Source: Lytechinus pictus
Taxonomy: Eukaryota
DNA: 64,000 nt
Direction: 5' to 3'
Assembly (NCBI RefSeq): GCF_037042905.1
Contig: NC_087250.1
Location: 5,458,001 to 5,522,000, forward strand
Shown: in pieces, positions 1 through 10,640 of the stretch
Layout of the letters: every line of letters begins with the position of its first letter
How positions within the stretch are numbered: position 1 is the first letter of the stretch
The notes under the pieces: model-generated
Told to the model about the DNA's origin: nothing
Database searches by the model: none
The model's input: the letters and a program-made list of their open reading frames with translations, nothing else
Translations under genes and position numbers: made by a program

Positions 1-595
1 GTCCTTGTAACTTGTCCCAATGTCTTATTTGACCATTGAAATCGTGGTCTAGACACCAAAATCATTATGTCCCAGGCGGATATGAAATGAACTATGTCCA
101 TTTTAATTATCAACAGCCATTTTAAACTCCGTTTTTGGAAGCAATCTTGGATTTTTGGACACACCAGACCACTGGCTGTCCTTGTAACTTGTTTCAATGT
201 ATTATTTCACTCTTAAAACCATTGAATGAAAAACTAATTTAGATGAATTGTGGAGTTTCAGCCTACGGCAGCCATTTTGGGCGCCATCTTGGATTTGCCT
301 GGTACACTGGAGGGCTTATAATTCTTTCTAGCCTAAATCAACTTTTGTACCCCAGACCATGGAATATAGAACGAAATAGGATTCTAGGGTGGATAATGTG
401 TCAGTTGTATCAATTTTCAGTGAATGGCGGCTATCTTGGACGCCATCTTGAAAATAACCACTTTCCCGGATGCGGATTTTGGTAGATTTTTAGTATGTTA
501 TTCCTGAGGTCAAATAGTACAAAATACCGTTGAAAAATCATTTGTTGCAATTTGTTCCGGGTAAGGCTATTTTTGGTCGTATATTGACCCGTCTA
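1..595. mobile_element. Right end of a non-autonomous DNA transposon (Academ-like, ends ...GTCTA), truncated by the window edge
   Basis: Repeated GCCATTTT/GCCATCTTG motifs as in the two complete TAG...CTA elements of this window; terminates in CTA; other end not in window. Confidence 0.4.
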
Positions 596-644
596 AAAAG
601 ACGGCGAGTGGTAGTATATAAAGCCCCTTTCACAATTGACGTAC

Positions 645-803
645 CGCCATTGTGGATTGCTGCCCTCTGTTGGGCAGGGTTGTATATGTTACACATGCGA
701 TCGTTGTCATCGGCCCTTATCCGGCCAGCTCTGTGTAGAGGTACATTGTCATTAAAAATATAGACCATAAGATTATTGTGATTGACGTCTAATCATTTAA
801 TGG
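645..803 (+). repeat. 5' LTR
   Basis: Matches 4856-5014 at constant offset 4211. Confidence 0.9.
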
Positions 804-820
804 GGTGGCAGCGATGGGAT
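803..820 (+). promoter_or_regulatory. Primer-binding site, tRNA-Leu type
   Basis: GGGTGGCAGCGATGGGAT vs TGGTGGCAGCGGTGGGAT expected from the tRNA-Leu 3' end; directly after the 5' LTR. Confidence 0.75.
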
Positions 821-1221
821 CTACCCTGCCATTGCCTGTTTATGATGGCATTTGCTAAAACTAGCAGTCAGTCGGTCGGCCAAAACTAGTCGTGATAGGT
901 AATCTTTCCTCATTTGTCGGTCTTGGCTCGTACCTCTCGCAGTAGCTGTAGTCCCATGTATAGCCTCAGCTATGGCTTTACCCCCACAGAGGTTGCACCC
1001 TCAACCTCGCCCCCAGTGCCAGGCCCCAACCCGCGGCCGCCGTCACGTAGATTTCTTTAATCACTATAACTTACACATTAATACAAATCAGAAGAATGAA
1101 AGAGTGACTGAGAATGCGAATGAATGTAACAGTCTTGATTATGATGATTTTGATGATAATGCTGAGAAGTTAAATGATGGTAATTGTAGAGAAAAGATCT
1201 CAGAGTCAGAGTTTGAGTTAG

Positions 1222-3009
1222 TTGAGTTTGAAAATCATAATGAGTTTGAGTTTGATTACAATCACAATGAGTCTGAGTTTGATTACAATCACAATGAGTC
1301 TGAGTTTGATGATGAGCCCATATGGGACAATCCTATTCTTAACAATCATCCTCCCTCAGTTAAGGTTTTACATACACAACAGTAGGCCAAATGTTAGTCT
1401 AGGTCCTATAGATCTAGTAGATCTAGATAGTTGCCCTTTATGTTTAGGAGCTAAGCGCCCAAGTCACCACCACATCGGTGACTGTGAATACCTCCCTCAA
1501 CATGAGAATAATATCATTGCGCAAGCTCGGCAAGCAGCAAGTATACTAGGATACACTAGAAAACTCGCAGTGAATGATTGTTACGAAAAGTATAATTGTG
1601 AGTCTGACAATTTGTCAGATTGTGACAGTGATTTAGATTATGATAGTGATTTTGACAATTTGTCCAATATTGACTGTGACGACGTTCCTGGTAGTGCTCT
1701 AACCGCAGATCCAGATATTTTTGGAATCAGTCGTCAGTCACATGTTCATTGTGATAGTCCTCTTGGTTGCCTTGTCGACACGTCGAAGTCAGACGAGTCG
1801 CCTCTAGTTCTTGAAGTTGCTCTCGGTGGTACTAATGAAGTTGATTCATCGAAGACCGATGGATTACACGAAGGATACCAGTATTTGCCACATTGTCCAG
1901 TGGCTGACTCATCCGTGGGGCCTAAGCAGGCCAAGATACTTCCATTTATTGACCTGTATCATGGTCAGCAGTGTGTCCGGGTCACCTTAGTCAGTGGGTC
2001 ATCACAGAATTTCATAGGTTACTCAACTGCTATGAGTCTTGGTGTTGATATCTTTGACACGTCCTCAGGTAAGTGTCATCTCGATAGTTCAAGCCTACCT
2101 TATGTAATTGTTGAAGAGACGCAGTTCGTACTTACAAGGGATGATAATGAATTCATCTTTGAATGCCTAGTCGTCGAGGCTGATACGGAATTAGCCCGAG
2201 CTGGTATCCCTTTCTTAGATGTGAATGATATCTCTGTTCGTCCTTCTTGGCGTTCGGTCACGATTGCTAATGGGTCCTCTTACACCTATGGCCCAGCGCC
2301 GGCCCCTGCGCGTTTCGATACAGCGCATTCGGTTGTCGCCTCGTCAGTCGTTCCTCCCATTAGCGATCATAGCATTACATCTCGGATACCTCGCACTGAT
2401 CCTCTGGCCAATGTGGAGACAAATTCCTCAAACTGCAACGTCAATGACGAGTCTCACGTTCACGTCAAGCCTAAACTTACCAGTAACCAAGTCACCGTGG
2501 ATGCCCGTCAGGATGCAGTTTGTTCTGAGATACCCCGATCGTACAACCTTGGTGCTACCTTCACTGCTCTTGAAGTCCATCCTGATAGTGAGATCACCAT
2601 AGTCCAACCGAAACCTCAATCCGGTATTCAGTCCTCCCAAGTACCATCATCAGATACCGACCAGTGCCGCCTTGGTGATTCTCTGGCAGATGCGTCCCCT
2701 ACTCATGAGCCCGGGGATTGCTCCTTAGTCACCAACCTCAATGGCGAACCAAACCTTCACTGTTCCTTGAAGGTTGAGTACCCTCCAGGACGCCCCCCTG
2801 ATTGGACTCCTCCTACTACCCTTGGAATGTTTGCCTCCATCCCTGCCTATGTGCACTCCAGAATGGTCTCTATCACGCCCATGATGTCTGACGTAAGAAG
2901 GTTTGCCCTGCCCCTTCCATTGATCGCTCGTACTCGGCCAGGTCTCCCTTTCAGCTTGAGATTGGGACCCCCTCATGGACGCCCCCCCCCCCCCGGATCA
3001 CACCTATAA
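1222..3009 (+). CDS. Gag/protease-like polyprotein of the LTR element (5' part probably frameshifted from ORF 972-1385)
   Basis: Uninterrupted 595-codon frame; CPLCLGAKRPSHHHIGDC zinc knuckle; VRVTLVSGSSQNFI resembles the aspartic protease LDSG motif with D>V; 27-bp tandem repeat at ~1241-1310. Confidence 0.7.
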   Translation: MSLKIIMSLSLITITMSLSLITITMSLSLMMSPYGTILFLTIILPQLRFYIHNSRPNVSLGPIDLVDLDSCPLCLGAKRPSHHHIGDCEYLPQHENNIIAQARQAASILGYTRKLAVNDCYEKYNCESDNLSDCDSDLDYDSDFDNLSNIDCDDVPGSALTADPDIFGISRQSHVHCDSPLGCLVDTSKSDESPLVLEVALGGTNEVDSSKTDGLHEGYQYLPHCPVADSSVGPKQAKILPFIDLYHGQQCVRVTLVSGSSQNFIGYSTAMSLGVDIFDTSSGKCHLDSSSLPYVIVEETQFVLTRDDNEFIFECLVVEADTELARAGIPFLDVNDISVRPSWRSVTIANGSSYTYGPAPAPARFDTAHSVVASSVVPPISDHSITSRIPRTDPLANVETNSSNCNVNDESHVHVKPKLTSNQVTVDARQDAVCSEIPRSYNLGATFTALEVHPDSEITIVQPKPQSGIQSSQVPSSDTDQCRLGDSLADASPTHEPGDCSLVTNLNGEPNLHCSLKVEYPPGRPPDWTPPTTLGMFASIPAYVHSRMVSITPMMSDVRRFALPLPLIARTRPGLPFSLRLGPPHGRPPPPGSHL

Positions 3010-4830
3010 TCGCTACCCGTGATTGATTCTCTAGACACTTGGACCATGTTATTCCCATGTACCATGCTGGATGAACTATGAACTCTTAGCCTTTACCCAG
3101 GATTTGGTTGCTTCTGTTTTTGCGAAAAATGGACTGCTTAATTGGTTTCCTTTAACTTTGATGTCATTATGGACATTCATGCTTTTGGTTGTAATCTGAT
3201 TTTATTGATATTAAAATAATTGATTGCCTTATGTATTTTTTATGTTTTTATACTTTAGTTTGTATGGACTTTTTTGGGGGTTTAGAATAACCCTGATAAT
3301 TAAAGTCGCTATATGAATAAAGCTTTTTATGCAATTCATGTATTGATTTACTACAGAAACTGATTTGATGTCTGCTCGTAATTATGAGACGTGTGTGATC
3401 TTGTATGTAGTGTGATTTTTAACAGATGTTTGTTGTGCATAGGTATGATTTTGTTTTAATGCATGCCTGTTGTTCCTTTGCTGGAATTATTTGAACTTTA
3501 TATATCATGACAATGACATTGTTGTATGATACATGTATTTTGCATTGATAAGCTTTGATTGTTGTACCCCCCCCCCCCCAGTTTATTGCCCTTAATTGTT
3601 TGTGATTATTTGGTATGATTAGGATTGCTCTCTTTTACACGGGCTTTTACAGCTATATGAAGTGAGCTTTTTATGTATTGTTTATTGTGAATTGCTTGGA
3701 CTATAGTTTTAAATATCTCCCTTTTGACTGATGGTTTTATTGAGAGTGGTCATTTTGTATATTACTTTATCAGTTAATACCTTTATTTATGTTGTTTATT
3801 AGCTGTACAGGTTGGATGGAATGTTGTTTTATTATTTCTTGGTGTAATTCTTTTCATGTTGGAGGTAGGGAGTTGTGTACAAATAGGCCTATGTGTATGT
3901 TTTGGTAATTTGTACTCATTTATTATATTTATATATCAAAAGTTGCAGTTTATGTATGATTTATGGATGATTTTATTTGACTTGTATATATCTTATAACA
4001 TGTGGTAAGTTTTAGACTTATTACTGTAACCATATTCAGAGATTGAGGGGTATCAGTTTGCATGCCCCTTGCACGGTATTTATTCCAAGGCTTTGTATAA
4101 AGGAAAGGTTTTTTATTTTATTTTAGTTCATGGTGATTAAGACACATATCTTATTTTTTGCTTTTTACAAACAACTTAGGCTGCTTTATATGGGCAATGT
4201 TTCGCATAGGTGGAAATTGATGTTTATTATGGTTGCTGTGTTTACATAGCTTGTTCCTTGTTAAAAGAAGTTGGCTTTTATTCAGTTCCCTATTATGTTA
4301 AAAGAAAAAAAAAGTTGCCATGGTAAGCTATTATCTGTTTACGACATGTTGCGATGGGTTAATAGGTGGAGAAAGTAATTGTGTTATTTTAATTGAGTTG
4401 TATGTATCTTATGTTGGTACACAGGTATGTACACTGTAGTTGATGATAGTGATACAGGTAATTTGTATATTAATAAGACAATCATTATTTATGTAAGTGA
4501 ACTGGTATATGCACTATAGTTGGTAATAGTGATACAGGCACTTTGAATGATTGATAAGGCAATGATTATTAGCAGAGTCAAAATTGTTACTGTTGAGCAT
4601 TCCTTTATTTAAATTTAATGGAATTTATGTGAAGGCCAGTTTGCATTACTGTTACTGTTATTGTTTAAATAGTTGTATTGCTTTATATTTTCACAGTTGA
4701 GTTGTATTTTTCATGGCTTAAATGTGATCGTATGGTTTAAACGTGATTGTATTGTTAACAAGCTATTCGGATGTCAAATGAGTAATTGCAGTAATTTAGA
4801 AAGTTGATTGAAGGGAAAGTTGGAGAAGTT

Positions 4831-4849
4831 AGTAGAGGGAAAGAAAAAG
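4831..4849 (+). promoter_or_regulatory. Polypurine tract
   Basis: AGTAGAGGGAAAGAAAAAG just upstream of the 3' LTR. Confidence 0.75.
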
Positions 4850-4855
4850 TGGTCA

Positions 4856-5014
4856 CGCCATTGTGGATTGCTGCCCTCTGTTGGGCAGGGTTGTATATGT
4901 TACACATGCGATCGTTGTCATCGGCCCTTATCCGACCAGCTCTGTGTAGAGGTACATTGTCATTAAAAATATAGACCATAAGATTATTGTGATTGACGTC
5001 TTATCATTTAATGG
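4856..5014 (+). repeat. 3' LTR
   Basis: Direct repeat of 645-803. Confidence 0.9.
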
Positions 5015-6679
5015 TGTACGGCCATTTGCGACCTTTTGGTCGTGCGTCAGGCTGCAACAGGCATCAATCGCTAGTCATCTCATAAGATTACACAAAGGCT
5101 TTCATAGTTGCAACAGCTGTCGTACAACAAAAACAACCAGTAAACCCCGTTGCACGATTAATTCGCATATGCTCTTATTGTGCTCGTGCGATCACATGCG
5201 AGTGTTGCACGAGGGATTGCGAGTGAAACGGTCGCATACATGCGAATGAAACGGTAGCGCAATGTTGTAAGCCGTTGCGATCGGTCTTGCAACAGTCTTT
5301 TTGGCCCATATATTATCCATCCAGTCGCAAGACAGGTCTCTGTACATGTAGGTCGCTAGCACATGTGCAAGTGTTGTACGACCTCTAGTCAAGTAAATGC
5401 GACTACTTAGTTGTACCACCTCTCGCACCAAGTCGTACACGTTGAACAACACTCGCACGATGATCGCCCGACCGATGGTACGACCCCGGGTACGGCCTGA
5501 TGCGAGTGAATCGATCGTAATTGATCGCGTTCGGATTTTGAACATGTTCAAAGTTCAGATGTGACCAGTCACGACCACCTCGAGTTCGTGCGACTGCGAG
5601 TGCTCGCAAGACACGAAGAGATCGATCGTGCAACAACAAGAAAAAAAAACTGTTATAGGCAGTCGTAAACTGGCCGGACGTCAATTGTGAAAGGGGCTGA
5701 ACTGTCTGATACATGCGAATGCAACGGTAGTGGAATGTTGTAAGCCGTAATTTCGATCGGTCTTGCCACAGTCGTATATTATCGCACCCAGTCGCAAGAC
5801 TGGTCTCTGTAGATCTCTAGCACATGTGCAAGTGTTGTACGACCTCCAGTCGACTAAATGCGACTATACTTAGTTGTGCCATCTCTCGCACCAAGTCGTA
5901 CAACGTTGAACAATACTCACACGATGATCGCCCGACCGATGGTACGACCTGATGCGAGTGAATCAATCGTATTTGATCGCGTTTGGATTTTGAACATGTT
6001 CTAAGTTTAGATGCGACCAGTCAGGACCACCTCCGACCACCTCAAGTTCGTGCGATCGTCTACAACGACTGCGAGTGCTCGCAAGACACCAAGGGATCGA
6101 TCGTGCAACAACAAGACAAAACTGTTGCAGGCGGTCGTAAACAGGTCGTACGTCTGTTACGATCTTATAAGCGAATCGTGCTTGTAGTGTAACTCGCCGG
6201 GTAAGTTCGCTTAAAAGTGTTCTATTGCAAATATAATGTACGAGCGCACAGTGAATGGGGAGTTTATGCGAAAATATCGCTTCAATAAAATATTCACGCA
6301 CAAACACTCAGTATGTTTCTTATTTCCAACTACTTGCGTTTTTCTTTTGGGGTGGGGAGTTGTAGTCCGTTCTAGAAAAAACACATCTTTCTCATCACAA
6401 AATAAAAGAGATTTTAGACATATGGTAACCTGGTAAAAAAACTGCAGCATATTTTTCATTTAGAGCAAATCATATGCGATCGTGTACGTGTGCATGCAGT
6501 GGATCCTATGCGTGCATCCGGTGCGTTGGTTTACAAACAAATTGTACCAAACAACACAGAGGCAGTGCGCGCACACACACTGGACACATGTTCAATAAGC
6601 TAGGGAGCGAGTTACACTATAGCAAGAGTTTACAGTTTAAGACCGTAACATACGTCAATTGTGAAAGGGGCTTAATGCA

Positions 6680-7577
6680 AATCAAAGTATCATACCAATC
6701 AACAAACAATAAACATGACTATATTTACAAAGTATGAGAACATAAAAAATGGAATCACATATACGTTAAAATATATACATGTAGCTAAAATGGCAGGTGG
6801 TTTAAGTTAGAGATCATTCTGTTAAACGCATTTAAATTTGATTCTAATTGTACGGACTCTGGGAGCTCATTAAACAATTTACGGCTAATATAAAGTGAAC
6901 TAAATTACGAAGAAAATTTGTTGCAGGCGTTGGTAATTGAAGAATACATCTATGTCTTCGAAGTTAATAGGCGCATTCTTTAAAATCATGGAGGAGGTAA
7001 AAAAATCCAAATCAAAGTCCCTTTTAACTTTATTTGTAAGGCACTGTATATTAACATTTTTATAAATATCTTTTCTACTATAACTGCAATTTTAAATTTA
7101 AGACTATTCTCAACGCTCTATTCTGTAAAATTTGCAATTTTAGTAAGTGATGGGAAGAAGGATTAATCCAAATAACATGACAATAATCAAAATACGACTG
7201 TATCATTGTGTCATACAAAACAACAGCAGTTTCCTTATCTATATAGGGTCTAGCTCGTCGCAGCACATAAAAATTACGGAGTATCTTTTATTCGACATTT
7301 CCACTGTCATGGAACCTTGTCAAAGACATGTCTGAAATGACACCTGAATATTTCAGTTCATTAGTGAGTTCAAGGGAATGATTATTAATACATATTTTAA
7401 CAATAGATATGTTGAAATTTCTCAAGATATTTTCCTTGTGCCAAACAGAATAAGTTTACATTTTCTTTCGTTAAGTATCATTTTCTCATGAGAAAACCAA
7501 TTTGTCACAGCTTCAATATCTTCATTCAGGATTTTTGTAACTGTAATGATTCCCTGGAGACAAAATGTACACAAGTA
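6680..7577 (-). mobile_element. L2/CR1-type LINE A, 3' fragment (RT C-terminus), degenerate
   Basis: Minus-strand peptides NWFSHEKMILNERKCKLILFG and YFDYCHVIW...LQILQNRALRIV; 3' boundary approximate. Confidence 0.75.
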
Positions 7578-10000
7578 CAGGGGTGGATCAAGCCTTCGCC
7601 AATAGGGGGGGGGGGGGAGGCCCAGATTTTTTTCAGCCATATTTTCCCCGATCGGCCGCATGGAGATGATTTTTATTTTCTTTGAAGGGGCAGTCCCAAT
7701 AGTTAATTCTTAGCTTTATTCTTATGAATAAATATTAATATTAGATAGCCAAAAGATAGCCAAGCGCGATTGGTCCATAGCGCGTCACGTGATATGATCG
7801 AAATCAAAGTATTTTCCCAGCCGGTCCACCTTCGATGAATATATTGACGAGCCGGTCCGTGAATATATTTTCTACGTGTATGGCGCCCTCTTGTGGATTA
7901 GATGTTACAAATTACACGGATATAACATACGTAGGACTAAAGTAGCGATCGTTTGCAATCGATCAACACTCTTTGAACGTACCGGACCGCGGAATTTAAG
8001 TGAGTCCGCCGACGACGAGGAGCCTACTACGAGTTAGGTATATATTAACTTAAGGCCTTCTCCAGTTGTTTGTGTAACGTTAGACAGGAATAAACTTCAT
8101 TTCTGAAATATGAGGATTTAACAATTTCTGGATATGAGTGGAGCCAATGAAGTAACAGTTAGTTTTGCAGATAGAGAGTGAAGCTTAGCTTACTTTTTTT
8201 AGTTTTGGATTTGGTCTAACGTCAAAGATTTGTGGTGATGTCTCATGAGCAATGAGGAATAAGATCAGCTTTTGGACGATAAAATTGGGTAAGTAGATTT
8301 AGATTTAGGCCTAGGCCAAGATCTAAGTTAGTTCTAACTTTTTACCGCGTTAGTTATAGACCAAGGCTAAGTTAGAGTCCAAAAGTAACGTTAAATCTTG
8401 CTAACGACAACGTAAGTAGTGTAAGCCAAACATAAGTTAGATTTGATCCTGACTCCTGGACCTTGTTCGACAACAGAAAGATCAGGACCACCACCAACAG
8501 AAGTCTGACATGGATCTAACTTAGACATGTTTATCTCATCCCCTATTTAATTTGGTGATTGGTATTCCTGATTGTTTGTCAGAATACAAATTACGTTTGT
8601 AGTAGTTATTCATTTACATACACATCTTTTTCAGGATAAAAAAACATTGCAAATAATGTTCAGAATGTTCAAAATGATCATATTTTCCATCAGCGCTGCG
8701 CGCTTCGGGAAAATATAAATCCGGCGGTCCAAAGAATGTTTATATTACACACCCCTTCAGACAATATCTGTGTAACATCCTTATTTAAATAATGCAGGCG
8801 CGAAGCGCGAGCAAATTTTCTTGGAAATCTTATGTAATTTTTCGTAAAATTTTGAACATTCTGGGCAATGTTTGTTATCCTGCAAAAGATGTGTATGTAA
8901 ATGAATAACTACTACAAACGTGAAGCACGAGCAGAAATGAACTGATGGAAAAGGTACCTGATAAAGATTGCTTGCAGTTAGCCATGAAGACGCTACATAT
9001 CTTAAAAATAAAATAATGCGAGCGCAAAGTGCAAGCTGAATTTTTTTTCATTTTTACCGAAAGAAAGGAAATTCTAAGCACTTTATGTAACTCAAACAGA
9101 ATAGGAATATCACTAAACAATTGATGCGAGCGCGAATTTTGAGATTTAGACCTACTAAACAAAACACTCTATTCAAGTTTTGTAAATCATGAAAAGGATG
9201 AGTTAGTGGGGATCTTCCTTACATTAATAATGTGAGCGCAGAGCGAGAGCAGAACGTTTTTATATAGGTTTAGAACTCATTATCAAAAATTTACCTGTTA
9301 AGGACTGCTATTGCACTTAGTCATGAAAACTTTACATATTTCAACAATCAAATAATGCGAGCGCGAATCGCGAGCTGATAATTTTTCATTTTTCTTCGTA
9401 AAGAATGTAAAATTTTAATCAATTTTTTAATCGTGAACAGGATAGGTATATGACTAAAATAATGTAAATAAGCGAGCGCGAATTGCGAGCGGAAAAAATC
9501 GAGATTTAAACCCCAAAACGGGACACTGTATTCTTGTTTTGTAAATCATGAATTTGATGAGTAATTGGAAATCTTCCTACATTAATATTGCGAGTGCAAA
9601 GCGCGAGCATAAATTTTTTGATATCGTGAAATAAGACTGGATAATGATTTTAACAGACAAACAAAATAATGAAAGTTCGATTTCCGAGCTGAAGTATGTT
9701 TTCTATGTTAACTCCAAATTTTGATATTTCAAGCTCCATATCGATATGTAAATCATCTAACAGGCAATGCGAGCGCGAAGCGTGAGCGAAATTTCTTAAA
9801 GTGACATGAAAGATTTCAAAAATTATTTTCCTAGTCTTCCCCTCATTTTATTTTATTCACTCGTCTTCCTCTTATTGTGTTTTCCATTTTTGTCTCCTCT
9901 CTTTTGCTTTCTTTTTCTTTCTTTCCCCCTTTTTCTTTTTTTTTTGTTCTGCCAATAGGGGGGAGGGGCAGGCCCCTCGGGCCCGCTGGATCCGCTAATG
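7578..10000. mobile_element. Non-autonomous TIR element with internal GCGAGCGCGAAGCGCGAGC tandem units; separate insert at ~7741-8775
   Basis: Ends CAGGGGTGGATC...GATCCGCTAATG; interrupts LINE A right at the YVDNT (YADDT) motif; same family at 35385-36970. Confidence 0.7.
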
Positions 10001-10640
10001 GAGTATTATCAACATAAATGGATAGGAACAACTTCGAATAACTTTGGGCAAATCGTTTAGGTGTAAAATAAAGAGAAGGGGACCAATTATACTACCCAGA
10101 GCCACACCGTGTTTAATATATGACACATTTAATTTATTACCATTGACAACAGTAATCTGACTTCGTAGGTGAAAATAATCCTTGAACCATTGAATCGCAT
10201 TTTCATGAAAACCATAATACTTCAGTTTACGAATTAAAATATCATGAGATACCATACCGAAAGCCTTTCCGAGATCGAGTAACACCATACCGACAGCATG
10301 ACCTGGATCTAAGGCAGACCTAACATTGTCAATTAAATCTAATATGGCTAAAGAAGTTGAAGTCTCGCTTACATATACTATCAAGAATGATTTTATTCAT
10401 CCACGGTGATTTAATTTGACGCACTCTTTTCTTTGTAATAGGTGCGCAACGATCCAGAATAACACTGAATTTGCCTTCTTAGGTACTGTAGGCCTTTTGA
10501 ACATTGTTAATATCTAAAACATCATCCCTTGTAATTTTTGACAAGTATACCAATGATTATCGCTAGAAGATGGTCTAATGTTGCCCCAAGAAATACATAC
10601 CAAGTAATGGTAATTCAACGCAACATTGAAAACATCACAC
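10001..10640 (-). mobile_element. LINE A, RT core fragment
   Basis: LDLGKAFGMVSHDILIRKL, GVALGSIIGPLLFILHLNDL, YVDNT. Confidence 0.85.

Larger units (their letters stand above)
645..5015 (+). mobile_element. Non-autonomous Gypsy-type LTR retrotransposon (gag-pro only)
   Basis: 159-bp direct repeats with 2 mismatches, PBS, PPT, GTAC duplication at 641-644 and 5016-5019; internal ORF with zinc knuckle and degenerate protease; no RT/IN motifs. Confidence 0.88.
622..6672. mobile_element. Non-autonomous PIF/Harbinger element (compound, hosts an LTR insertion)
   Basis: TIR AGCCCCTTTCACAATTGACGTA at 622-643 and its reverse complement at 6651-6672; TAA TSD at 619-621 and 6673-6675; third TIR copy ending at 5698; internal duplication ~5240-5660 / ~5710-6150. 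Confidence 0.85.

Noticed and set aside
7741..8775. Crypton-like classification of the nested insert
   Set aside because: The insertion is evident, but there is no recombinase ORF or diagnostic end to justify a family call
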